Made by a program: the position numbers and the translations under genes. A DNA stretch of 64,000 nucleotides from Lentisphaeria bacterium (lineage in GTDB: Bacteria > Verrucomicrobiota > Lentisphaeria > JABSQK01 > JAWLHB01), in NCBI GenBank assembly GCA_041690595.1, contig JAWLHB010000012.1, forward strand, positions 36,785 to 100,784, in the 5' to 3' direction. Numbering within the stretch: the stretch's first letter is position 1; each line of letters starts with the position of its first letter. The notes under the pieces were generated by a model, which made no database searches, had not been told where the DNA came from, and worked only from the letters and a program-made list of their open reading frames with translations. Shown piece after piece: positions 8,501 through 16,837 of this stretch.

Positions 8501-9101
8501 CAATGGTATTGCCTGGCAGCACGTCGGCAATGCGGGTGAGGCTGTATGGCTCCAGGCCACGCATCGGCATGAGCAGCCGCTGCACGGATACCTCCATGCC
8601 ACGCGGGTTGAGGGCGAAGACAAGGATACCGGCGCATAACGCCAGGGCGGAAGCGGTTGCCGTCATCTTCAGCCAGTGAAGCGGGAAGAGCTGCCAGGCA
8701 CTGATGTGGTCAAGCTGGACGGGCTGGGTTCCCATCAGGCTCTGCGCAAACCGTCGCTCACGCTCGTCGGCGGAGTTGGAAAACTGGACCACGTTGATCA
8801 GCCGGTTGCCCAACTCGGGGCTGCAGCTCTCGACGCGGCTGCACATGTGTTCGGCGGTCATGCGGCGCGTGGCGCTCCAGACGCACATGCCCAGCAACCC
8901 CAGCACAAAGATCCAGAGCATGGCCCAGCCCGTCCAGCAAAGGGCCGGCGACAGCTGGAAGGCCAGGTCACTGAGCACAAAGAGCAACACCGACCAGAGG
9001 GCGATGGCGACAATCCCCAGTCCGGCGGCAGTCATCAGCCAACCCTTGTAGCCTCGGCGCAAAGCAGTCAGCCTCGCCTGAATCTGGTCGAGCGAACTCA
9101 T
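5538..9101 (-). CDS. Large (~1187 aa) membrane-anchored coiled-coil protein of unknown function. It has 3-4 N-terminal TM helices, a long coiled-coil middle and a highly acidic C-terminus
   Basis: Long ORF with TM segments near the N-terminus (GLGIVAIALWSVLLFVL, LWIFVLGLLGMCVW, ASALALCAGILVFAL). ATG at 9101 chosen over GTG at 9182 because the extra 27 codons are AT-rich (TTA/CTA codons), atypical for this genome. Same strand and adjacent to the ABC/CPBP genes. Confidence 0.7.
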   Translation of the reverse strand: MSSLDQIQARLTALRRGYKGWLMTAAGLGIVAIALWSVLLFVLSDLAFQLSPALCWTGWAMLWIFVLGLLGMCVWSATRRMTAEHMCSRVESCSPELGNRLINVVQFSNSADERERRFAQSLMGTQPVQLDHISAWQLFPLHWLKMTATASALALCAGILVFALNPRGMEVSVQRLLMPMRGLEPYSLTRIADVLPGNTIVPRGEKALIRVRLEGKVPRKPMLVVQPERGEAKQIMLVAVDGEPLSFTAETPLLFDSTTYWFIANDARSPRFTIGVQSPPSLVNWAADVQPPAYTSLPRRRLSSEQPEGGIPVGAEVQLTGKSSQPLRQVVVLQDGRELQAAAVADAADFRVTFPVPGTAPLQLRLVSTAGLDARIPLPLTILPDLGPTVDFATDLRQITAAPGERIALPFVARDEYGVASVLCVRVEKDGADQEIAVERNDELRREMRGHFAVDLAALGAKAGSRLRFRLLARDAGPAAEARQGASRLMDIVIPLPDEERRSVQGKRAESERSVARLIQLQKENLSGSRKLQTQLAGGSSTVDVAAMAPLLVAQVEIRRLAAELLTHDAVLGDLLITLRELETNEMQQAVAALDALTRAPDRERMAPLAEAIALQARILAVLTGLPTALANEQSYKDKTDLLGQLQRMVARQRELLADTKSGMQAELQGDGVALLVRRQEQLADEAILFIEAVKRMANAESEDSFARQLANVHVLLTSGRLYEKMLTAADELSQVNWAAGIQAEEEALRLLTEALKIMNKWRVEKARESIADASMTLRDIAEQLADMEKRQNEIVEVTKDLTRRGNLDDKVRAELAKLDEEQKQWQEKIEKMAQDLYQFPELPVSNDLNSKMREVYEDVEQAANSENAPSVEIAVQKEDGLLEAIKNTKERVEDVEMWLPDIPDNIKWDLESFDAAEFPDMPLVDLPEELEDIVGDLLDQSADIDMQSQDSTGNQMMADAEMGWGVMDGPMPNFSAKGKSGNTKPNDNEMTGRSGAGREGQSTGELVENTVKGLEGRETHARKTNDPLQKGQVEEAEDSTLDARATGGGKLGGESETIGMFGNAPRRDMHMQAPSANQALRQETEAMYATARLLYMNNTEPLGEAARDMRRVERMDKDQKEYASLQQRVMKQLQETQTELASGAVLPMSVSSSEASGGSAGDDTGLQDIDEDYRGIVSDYYKNLDN

Positions 9102-9184
9102 GAAGTACCTCGTGATGCCGCGGAAGCGTATGCCCCTCAGTAGTAATAAACTATACGCTGTCCCAACGAAAGATCCAGCCACGA

Positions 9185-11344
9185 TCAGGTAATGCCGGTA
9201 ATGCCGGGGTCCCCCTCCTGAAGCGAGGCGCAGGGGCTTTCCTCTTCGCGCCCGATCACCAGCAGTCCCGCCACAAAGACAAGGATGGCGACCGCCATCC
9301 AGCGCCAGTCGAGGCCATCTCCCGCGGCACCGGTCAAACCCGGCAGCCAGTTGTACTTCATAGCCATGACACCAATGAAATTATTGATGCCGTGCACGAG
9401 CACGCCGGTCCACAGGGATCCTGTCTGGAAGACAACCCAGGTGATGACCAGTCCGAGCACCGCCGTAGGAAAGATGCGGTAGATGCTGAGGTGGAAGAAG
9501 CCGAACATCAGCGCGGTGAAGACGATGACAGTCCACTTGCCTAGCCTGCCGCGAAGACTCCCGAGAATCAAGCCGCGAAAGAAAAACTCTTCGCAGATGG
9601 CGGGAGAGATGCAGAAGGCGAGGAGCAATTGCCAATCCATCAGCCGCAGATCGTCAAGCCCAAGTGCTTCACGCATGCGCTCCTCGAACTCCAGCGGCAC
9701 CGGAAGCACCATGTTCTGCAACCAGGAGGCGAAGTGGCCAACCACAGCCCAGGCCGTCATCCCAATCAGCACCGCACCCAGAACTCCACGCCACCGGGGC
9801 CGACAGATCGACAGAGCCAGGTGAGGGTCGAGCTTGAGCATTCGCACCAGGAAGGCGACAGGCAGGAAGAGAAGAACCCATTGCGTGCCCAGCATGCCCC
9901 AGAAGATATCGGCCTCCTGCATCGCCGAACCAACATAATAGAGCAGCACCAACAGCACACCGAAGGCGATCAGGGCAAGCATGGGGCGGGGGCGCCGATG
10001 CCGAATCTCGACAAGATCGAGGACCTCCCCCACCGGGGTCTGTCCGCCCAGCAACACCTGCTCGTTCTGAAAGATCTTGACGGCCAGGGCAAGCGCACCC
10101 GCGGCGTAGAGGGTGTTGGCCAGCATGACCATGGCGATCAACCAGGCAGCGGGCGGCTCCTGCAACATCTCGCGCAACAGCAGCATGATGTTCAGACCGG
10201 GCGCCCAGCTCGTCGCCAGATCGAGCCGCACCGAGGGTAACGCCGCGATCGCCGCCGGCACGATGACCAGGATGTAGACCGGCGTCAGGTAATTCTGGGC
10301 CTCCTTGAAGCTGTGCGCGAAGACGGCGATGGCCAGCATCAGGGCCGAGAAGAAGACCGCGATCGGCACCAGCTGCACCAGCACCAGCAGCACGGTGGAA
10401 AAGTCGACATGAAAGATGAATTCCTCACTGCGGGGAGAACTGCGCAGCATCCAGGCAATAGCCATCGCCATACTCACCAGGTTCGCCAGGGCCGAAAGCA
10501 TCGCTACGGTGAAGACCGTGAAGAATTTGCCCATGATGATCTCGGTGGGACGTGCCGGTGCGGTCAGCAATGTCTGCATGGTGCCGCGTTCCTTCTCACC
10601 GGCAGTCAGATCGATGGCTGGATAAAATGCGCCGAGCATCACCATCACCATGAGGACCAGAGGGATGATCCTGCCGGCCAGAAAGCCCCCGCGCTTCTGG
10701 GCGGTGGCGGTATTCTGGGAATCGATGAGCACCGGCAGAAAGAAGCCCTCCGGCAACTCGGGGCGACGCTCGAGACGCTCGTCCCGCAAGGCTTCCCGCC
10801 AGACCAGCAGGGCATCTTCGATCCGGTTCTTGGCCGTCCGCGACTCATGGACGGTCTCGTCGTAGAGGATCGCGATCGGGACGCTGCCCTCCTCAGCCAG
10901 CACCTGCTCGATGTTCAGGGGCACCACCAGAACCGCATCGGTCCGGCTGCGATCGATCATGCGGCGGGCCCAGGTGACCATCTCCTCCGGGGCTTGGGTG
11001 CGCGCAAAGGGAAGAACGGCTTCCCCACCTTCTTCGTCCACCTTCGGCGGCAGGATCGGCATGGATTCGGGCGCTGCCGGCCCAAAGTCCGGCACCAGCG
11101 CCTCAAACGCCTCGGCGTCGGCGAGTTGTCGGCGCAAGCCGTACGGCAGTGGCCCCTTGATCCAGACCCGAACCTTCTGCTCCTGCATCTGCGACATCTG
11201 GTGGGTGACCACCTGCCCAAAGGCAATGATAAGCAACGGATACATGACCATCGGCAGCAGCAACATGACCAGCAGGGTTCGCCGGTCTCGCAACGTCTCC
11301 AGCAGCTCCTTGCGAAAAATGGTGGTGGCAATTCGCCAGCGCAT
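9185..11344 (-). CDS. Fusion protein: ABC-2-type transporter permease (N-terminal) plus CPBP/CAAX-type intramembrane metalloprotease domain (C-terminal)
   Basis: N-terminus MRWRIATTIFRKELLETLRDRRTL is typical of ABC-2 permeases. The C-terminus carries CPBP motifs EEFFFRG (EExxxR), FGFFHLS (FxxxH) and HGINNF (HxxxN). Its ATG overlaps the TGA of the upstream ATPase gene (ATGA). Confidence 0.8.
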   Translation of the reverse strand: MRWRIATTIFRKELLETLRDRRTLLVMLLLPMVMYPLLIIAFGQVVTHQMSQMQEQKVRVWIKGPLPYGLRRQLADAEAFEALVPDFGPAAPESMPILPPKVDEEGGEAVLPFARTQAPEEMVTWARRMIDRSRTDAVLVVPLNIEQVLAEEGSVPIAILYDETVHESRTAKNRIEDALLVWREALRDERLERRPELPEGFFLPVLIDSQNTATAQKRGGFLAGRIIPLVLMVMVMLGAFYPAIDLTAGEKERGTMQTLLTAPARPTEIIMGKFFTVFTVAMLSALANLVSMAMAIAWMLRSSPRSEEFIFHVDFSTVLLVLVQLVPIAVFFSALMLAIAVFAHSFKEAQNYLTPVYILVIVPAAIAALPSVRLDLATSWAPGLNIMLLLREMLQEPPAAWLIAMVMLANTLYAAGALALAVKIFQNEQVLLGGQTPVGEVLDLVEIRHRRPRPMLALIAFGVLLVLLYYVGSAMQEADIFWGMLGTQWVLLFLPVAFLVRMLKLDPHLALSICRPRWRGVLGAVLIGMTAWAVVGHFASWLQNMVLPVPLEFEERMREALGLDDLRLMDWQLLLAFCISPAICEEFFFRGLILGSLRGRLGKWTVIVFTALMFGFFHLSIYRIFPTAVLGLVITWVVFQTGSLWTGVLVHGINNFIGVMAMKYNWLPGLTGAAGDGLDWRWMAVAILVFVAGLLVIGREEESPCASLQEGDPGITGIT

Positions 11345-12075
11345 CAGATATCATCTCCTATCAGGCTGAGGAAGATCTCGGTGAGTGCCTGCCGGCCGGT
11401 CTGCTCCTGCAACTCCATCAGTGATCCTTCCGCCTTGACCACGCCGCGATGAATCAGAATGATCCGGTCGCACAGGTATTCCGCTTCACCCATGACGTGA
11501 GTGGAAAAGAGGACCGCCCTCCCCTCGGCTTTCGCCTGCAGAATGGCATCGAGGATGAACTTGCCGGTGACGATATCCAGCGCGGTGGTCGGCTCGTCCA
11601 GAATCAGGACGGGCGGATCATGCACGAGCGTCCGGGCGATATTGGCCTTCTGCTGCTGACCGGTCGAGAGGGTGCCGCATTGCCGATCGGCAAATCCCTC
11701 CATCTTGAGGTGCGAGAAGAGCCGCTCGGTGCGCTCCGCAATGAGGGAGTCGTCCATCTCGTGCAGGCGCCCGAAAAAGCGCAGCATCTCGCGTGGGGTC
11801 AGCCGTTTGTAAAGCTTGGTATCGCCAGTGAGAAATCCAAGCCGCTGCTTCACGTCGAGAGGCGAACGGAGGGTATCGAAGCCACATACGGCAGCGCGTC
11901 CATGAGTCGGTGCAAGAATGCCAGCCAGCATGCGGAGGCTCGTTGTCTTGCCGGCGCCATTCGGCCCGAGAAGCCCGACGACTTCCCCCCCATGCACATG
12001 GAGGTCGAGCCGCTTGAGCGCTTCCACGCTCCCATACTCCTTTCCCAGGTTGACTGCCTCAAGCAGCGGTTCCAT
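11344..12075 (-). CDS. ABC transporter ATP-binding protein
   Basis: Walker A GPNGAGKTT, ABC signature LSTGQQQK, Walker B LILDEPTTALD. ATG at 12075 (MEPLLEAVNLGKEYG) preferred over the TTG at 12114 used by the track. Confidence 0.85.
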   Translation of the reverse strand: MEPLLEAVNLGKEYGSVEALKRLDLHVHGGEVVGLLGPNGAGKTTSLRMLAGILAPTHGRAAVCGFDTLRSPLDVKQRLGFLTGDTKLYKRLTPREMLRFFGRLHEMDDSLIAERTERLFSHLKMEGFADRQCGTLSTGQQQKANIARTLVHDPPVLILDEPTTALDIVTGKFILDAILQAKAEGRAVLFSTHVMGEAEYLCDRIILIHRGVVKAEGSLMELQEQTGRQALTEIFLSLIGDDI

Positions 12076-12153
12076 GAGGTTATTCCCGCTCGTGCCGCGG
12101 GAGGCGCCACCCAACCGGAAGCGCCGGCGCCAATCGCCCGATCCCGTGCCGCA

Positions 12154-12738
12154 TCAATTATCGTTCTCCAACCCCTTGAGCTCGTCGCGAATCCGCGCCG
12201 CCTCTTCGTACTGCTCGGCCGTCACCGCTTCGCTCAAGCGCTGCTTCAGTTCTTCTCGGCGATCCAGCGGTTTGTCGGGCTCCTCTTCAGCGGCCCCAGC
12301 GGAGCGCGCCTGGCGGCCTTCCTGCGCCTGGCTGAGGCTGACGCTGTTCTCGCGCAGAATGTCTTCGCGGACGAAAATCGGGGCACTGTAACGCAACGCC
12401 ACGGCAATGGCATCGGAGGGACGCGAGTCGATGTCGAAGTCCTTGCCGTTCTTCTTGAGGAAGATGCGGGCATAGAACGTTCCTTCTTTCAGATCGCAGA
12501 CGTGGATCTTCTCGACGGTGCACTCGAGCGTGGAGAGGATGCTCTTGAGCAGATCGTGGGTCAAGGGGCGGGGGAAGGATTGCTTGTTGAAGGCGGCCGC
12601 TATCGAATGGGCTTCGGCCGCCCCGATGCAGATTGGCAAGACATGCTCATCCGAACCGCGGCGCAGCAGAATGATGAAATTGTAGTTGAAGAGCGAAATG
12701 TTCTCGATCTTCACTTCGACGTAGCGTTCGGCAGCCAT
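12154..12738 (-). CDS. Bifunctional nuclease (BFN/DUF151) domain protein with C-terminal UVR motif
   Basis: MAAERYVEVKIENI...SRPSDAIAVALRY (BFN-like) then REELKQRLSEAVTAEQYEEAARIRDELKGLE (UvrB/C-type UVR). The track ORF extends 146 aa further 5' in non-protein-like sequence. ATG at 12738 chosen. Confidence 0.7.
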   Translation of the reverse strand: MAAERYVEVKIENISLFNYNFIILLRRGSDEHVLPICIGAAEAHSIAAAFNKQSFPRPLTHDLLKSILSTLECTVEKIHVCDLKEGTFYARIFLKKNGKDFDIDSRPSDAIAVALRYSAPIFVREDILRENSVSLSQAQEGRQARSAGAAEEEPDKPLDRREELKQRLSEAVTAEQYEEAARIRDELKGLENDN

Positions 12739-12988
12739 AAAAGCAGAGTCCAGTGGGTTGATAAGTGGCACTCGGAAACTGATCGGGCAGCGCCCATGTG
12801 ACGACCTGCCTATATACATGTAAAACAGGCAGCCCGTTAATGCAAGGAAATGCGACATTTCGGCACCGTTGCCCCTGGCGCCGGCGCAGGTCGCGGCATC
12901 TTTTCCAGCAGCGACATTGTCAAGCGCGCAAGCGCTCGTAATGTATGCCGCAAAGCCAAGCGAGAATCTCATAATCAGGAGCAGCGAA

Positions 12989-13831
12989 ATGGAGAACGGC
13001 GTGAAGCGCATCACCGTAGCCAGCGGGCAGATACTCTGCGAAGTCGGCAACGTCGAGCACAACCTGCGGCAGATCGAGACCATGGCGCGGACGGTTGCGG
13101 CCCAGGGCGCAAGACTGATGCTGTGCGCCGAAGGGGCGCTCACCGGATACCTGCTCACAGACGAGGTCTTCGCCACCGCACCCGATGCCGGCGCTGCTCC
13201 CGTTCAACGCCTGCGTGAACTCAGCCGTGAGTTGGATATGGCCATTGTCGTCGGTAGCCTGGCACACAGCCCCGAAGGTCGCCGGGTCAGCGCCTTCATC
13301 GCGCTCCCCGACGGGCAGCTTCTCGTACAACAGAAGCACAAGCTGACGCCGAAGGAACTCGCCGCCAAGGTGGTGCCCGGCCCCGAGGAACGGATCGTTT
13401 TTGAGGTGGATGGGGTGCGTTGCGCCGTCTGCATCTGTGCCGACAGCGGCATCGAGAACATCTACAACAAGTTAGCGGCCAAAGGATGTCAGATCTACCT
13501 GGGACCGACCGCGGGCGGAGCCGGTCGGGACGACATGTGCACCGAGGTGGATCTGGATTCCGTCGAGGGCATGAATGCCTACGTATCCCGAATGGAGAAG
13601 GTCTGCTTTCTCGGCCATGCCATGCGGCAGTGCCGTCAACACCGGATGGCGTTGGTCTGCTGTAATCTTGCCGGAGACGACGGGATGAGCAACTACCATC
13701 CCGGACACAGCAGCATTGTGGATGCACGTGGCCGCTCCGTCGGGCTGATTCCCGGCGAGTACGTTCGCGAGTGGCTTCGCCCGCGGTGGCTCTGCGAGGA
13801 AATCGTGGTCGACCAGCCGCGCCAGGCTTAG
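12989..13831 (+). CDS. Carbon-nitrogen hydrolase (nitrilase/amidase superfamily) protein
   Basis: ITVASGQ...CAEGAL (Glu), QQKHKL (Lys), CAVCICADSG (Cys) match the C-N hydrolase triad context. ATG at 12989 is preceded by AGGAG. The track ORF starts 40 codons earlier. Confidence 0.7.
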   Translation: MENGVKRITVASGQILCEVGNVEHNLRQIETMARTVAAQGARLMLCAEGALTGYLLTDEVFATAPDAGAAPVQRLRELSRELDMAIVVGSLAHSPEGRRVSAFIALPDGQLLVQQKHKLTPKELAAKVVPGPEERIVFEVDGVRCAVCICADSGIENIYNKLAAKGCQIYLGPTAGGAGRDDMCTEVDLDSVEGMNAYVSRMEKVCFLGHAMRQCRQHRMALVCCNLAGDDGMSNYHPGHSSIVDARGRSVGLIPGEYVREWLRPRWLCEEIVVDQPRQA

Positions 13832-15057
13832 GCGGCGCTGTTGCGGGCGTTTCGCCAGTCGAAGGCGATGAGAAGGGTGAGGATCAGGTAGCAGGCCGGG
13901 ACGATGTAGAAGGCAACCCCCAGGCCCCAGTGATTGCCGATGAAGCCCATCAGCCAGGTGAAGACACCGCATCCGGGGACTCCCGCGCAGGAGAGCAGAA
14001 TGAAGAGCATGGTAGTGTCGACGTGCGGGAGGCGATCGACGGAATAGCTCTGCACGCTCGGCCAGAAAGGGGCCGTCGCCAACCCCGCGAGGAAGAGCAG
14101 GCCAAAGAAGCCCCAGAGCGAAGAGGATACCGGTATAGCGAGAGTGACGGCGATACCGAAGATTCCGGAGCCGACGATGAGGACGCGCAACTGATGCTGC
14201 TTGATCAGGTATCCCCAGCCGGTGCGCCCCAGCACCATGCCCGCGGCAAAACAGGCCGTGCCCACACCACCCGCCCAGGCCGCCTGAGCGAAGTGGAGCT
14301 GAATATAACTGGCGCACCAGAAGGTCAGGCAGAACTCGCCACCTCCCGCCACAAACATGGCCGTATAGAAGAGCCAGAAGCGCCGGAGGCGCAGAATGGC
14401 CACGGCCTGCTTCCACACCGTCGTCCAATGCAGCGGCTCCGGATGCTCCGGATAGCGTTGCCAGCGTGGCGAAGGAAAGAGAAGAATGAAGGCCGGGACG
14501 AGCGCCACCGCAGCCACCAGCCCGACAACAATCCGCCAGGAGACTCCCAGCGACAGCACGGCTCCGGCTGCCAGCACCGTGATAAGGACGCCAATCGGCC
14601 AGAAAGCGTGGGCAAAGTTGATGTAGCGCCCCGCTTCTTCCGGATGCAGATCGCGCACGAATGGGGTGGCCAGCCCTTCGATGACGCCCTCGCCGATTCC
14701 GGCCACAGCCAGAGCGACCAGCAGTACGCCGTAAGTGGGCGCCACCGCGCATAGCCCCATCCCAACCCCCATCAGCAGCACGGAGAAGCCGAAGGTGCGC
14801 CGCTTGCCCCAGCGCCCTGCCCAGAAGCCGCACAGGAGCATCGCCGCCACCATCGCCAGCGTCCGCCCCAGATGCAAGGCGCCGCCTGCCGTCATTCCCC
14901 CGCTTTCCAGCGCAAAGCCGAGATCCTCCGCCAGGGTGACCAGCACCACCGGCACGACAACAGTCCCCGACGAATACGCCAGAAAGGTGAGGAAGGTGGC
15001 ATGGTCATACGGACCGAAGCGCATGCGACGCGAGGCTGACATCATGGGCGGCAGCAT
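13828..15057 (-). CDS. MFS-family transporter
   Basis: 12-TM-like hydrophobic profile, MFS-typical loops (GRWGKRRT). Convergent with the C-N hydrolase gene, with a 4-bp overlap. Confidence 0.75.
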   Translation of the reverse strand: MLPPMMSASRRMRFGPYDHATFLTFLAYSSGTVVVPVVLVTLAEDLGFALESGGMTAGGALHLGRTLAMVAAMLLCGFWAGRWGKRRTFGFSVLLMGVGMGLCAVAPTYGVLLVALAVAGIGEGVIEGLATPFVRDLHPEEAGRYINFAHAFWPIGVLITVLAAGAVLSLGVSWRIVVGLVAAVALVPAFILLFPSPRWQRYPEHPEPLHWTTVWKQAVAILRLRRFWLFYTAMFVAGGGEFCLTFWCASYIQLHFAQAAWAGGVGTACFAAGMVLGRTGWGYLIKQHQLRVLIVGSGIFGIAVTLAIPVSSSLWGFFGLLFLAGLATAPFWPSVQSYSVDRLPHVDTTMLFILLSCAGVPGCGVFTWLMGFIGNHWGLGVAFYIVPACYLILTLLIAFDWRNARNSAA

Positions 15058-15090
15058 CCCTTCACCGGCTCGTGCCGCGAGACGGATCGT

Positions 15091-15600
15091 TTACCAGCGG
15101 CCAAGGTGCACCTTCGCTGCATCGAAGCGATCCTCGGGAGGCAGGGATTCGGCCGGATGCCCCAGCGCCACGACCGTCATCGGGACGATCTCCGGGGGCG
15201 CCCCCACAGCCTCACGCACGACCTGCACCAACTCCTCGATGGGGTAGACTCCCACCCACACAGCTCCCAGACCGCCGGCATGGGCCGCCAGCAACAGATT
15301 CTGTGTCGCCGCGCTGCAATCCTGCGGCCAGAAGCCCGGCATCTTCTCGCGTGCAGGTGCACCACAGACCACAATGGCCACTGGCGCTTGCGCGATCATG
15401 GCCGCCCCCGGATGAATGGCCGCAAGCTTGCCCCTGACGATCGAATCCGTAACCGTCACGAATTCCCATGTCTGCGCATTTCCGGCGGACGGCGCCGCCA
15501 TGGCGGCCCGCAACAGCCCCTCGATCGTCTCTTCACTCACCGGCTCCGACGTGTACTGCCGAATGCTGCGGCGGGTGAAGATGGCGTTCGTCAACTCCAT
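15091..15600 (-). CDS. Nitroreductase-family protein
   Basis: MELTNAIFTRRSIRQYTSEPVSEETIEGLLRAAMAAPSAGNAQTWEFVTV is a classic nitroreductase N-terminus. Confidence 0.8.
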   Translation of the reverse strand: MELTNAIFTRRSIRQYTSEPVSEETIEGLLRAAMAAPSAGNAQTWEFVTVTDSIVRGKLAAIHPGAAMIAQAPVAIVVCGAPAREKMPGFWPQDCSAATQNLLLAAHAGGLGAVWVGVYPIEELVQVVREAVGAPPEIVPMTVVALGHPAESLPPEDRFDAAKVHLGRW

Positions 15601-15622
15601 AACCTACCTCCCCAATGAGTTG

Positions 15623-16777
15623 TCACGCTTCCTCGTCGATTCCCGGCCAGCCGGGCGTGACAAACCGGCCGTCCTTCTGAAAGAGTTCGCCATCCGCTTC
15701 GATCGTGCCGCCCGTACGCATGTCGCAGACCATATCCCAATGCAGCCCGGAATCATTGCTGTTACCGGTCTCCGGATAACCCGCGCCCACCGCTAGGTGG
15801 AAGGTGCCACCGATCTTTTCATCGAAGAGGGTATTCTTGGTGAAGCGCTGAATCTGGTAGTTGGTCCCGATGGCGATTTCACCGACGGCGCTGGCGCCAT
15901 CGTCCATCTCGAGCATCTCTTTCAGATATGCCTCGTTCTTGCTGGCTCGGGCCTCCACGACCCGCCCCTTCTCGAAGGCCAACTCGACGCCTTCGACCTC
16001 TCGCCCCTTGTGGACGGCAGGGAAGGAGAAGCGGACATAGCCATTCACGCCACCGTCCTCGGCCCGCAGATTCGGGCCGGTGAAGACCTCACCATCCGGA
16101 AAGTTCTCGCGCCCGGCACAGTTGATCCAGGTCATCCCAGAGACATTCACGGTGAGGTCAGTGCCGTTGTCGGCGCGGAAGCGCACCTGTTGTTTCCCGT
16201 TCAGGTAATCGACGACGCGCTGCTGACGCTTCTCGATCCGCAACCAGGCTGCCGCGGGATCGGCAGCGTCCAGATGCCCTGCCGCAAAAACAAAATCCTC
16301 ATATTCGCGCAGGCTCATTTCCGCGTCCTGAGCATTGGCGGCTGTCGGGAAGAGGGTGCCGCACCAGCGCAGTTCAAGGTTGGCGGCGCGTTCCATGAAG
16401 ATCTTCATGATCGGACGCTGAGCGGCAGAAGCCATGCCTTGACGCCAGGCATCCACGGAGGTGAACGCACGCGTATTGACGTCCGCGCCGATGCTGATGC
16501 GGGCATCCACCCGCTTGATCTCTTCCACTTCCAGGTCGTTCAGGTAGGTGAGTTGCGCTTCGCTCGCCTGCCGGAGAAAGATCTCACGGAAAGATTCCGG
16601 CGTGCAGACGAAACGTACATGCGCTCCCGCCTGAATCAGCCGTTCGTATACGGCCTCCAGTAACGGCATCGCCTGCGGTTCGCCTTTGAGCACCACCAGA
16701 TCGCCGGCCTTTATGCGCGTGGAGTACCCGACCAGAACTTCCGCAAACTTATCAAGACGCTGATCACGCATGGTCAT
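15623..16777 (-). CDS. M29-family aminopeptidase (AmpS/aminopeptidase T-like)
   Basis: Overall similarity to thermophilic metalloprotease M29 (…NGTDLTVNVSG…VGEIAIGTN…GGTFHLAVG…). Confidence 0.7.
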   Translation of the reverse strand: MTMRDQRLDKFAEVLVGYSTRIKAGDLVVLKGEPQAMPLLEAVYERLIQAGAHVRFVCTPESFREIFLRQASEAQLTYLNDLEVEEIKRVDARISIGADVNTRAFTSVDAWRQGMASAAQRPIMKIFMERAANLELRWCGTLFPTAANAQDAEMSLREYEDFVFAAGHLDAADPAAAWLRIEKRQQRVVDYLNGKQQVRFRADNGTDLTVNVSGMTWINCAGRENFPDGEVFTGPNLRAEDGGVNGYVRFSFPAVHKGREVEGVELAFEKGRVVEARASKNEAYLKEMLEMDDGASAVGEIAIGTNYQIQRFTKNTLFDEKIGGTFHLAVGAGYPETGNSNDSGLHWDMVCDMRTGGTIEADGELFQKDGRFVTPGWPGIDEEA

Positions 16778-16837
16778 AATCCTTCAGTACCAGGCATGGA
16801 GAAGGCGGACGAGCCACAATCACCACCCGGCGCTCGT

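Noticed and set aside
9102-9182. GTG start at 9182 for the large coiled-coil protein
   Set aside because: The extra 27 codons are AT-rich with rare TTA/CTA codons and look intergenic. ATG 9101 is adopted instead.
13472-14833. 453-aa minus ORF and 327-aa + ORF overlapping the MFS transporter
   Set aside because: They are alternative frames of the MFS gene region, Arg/Gly-rich and without TM helices or motifs, while the MFS frame shows 12 hydrophobic segments.
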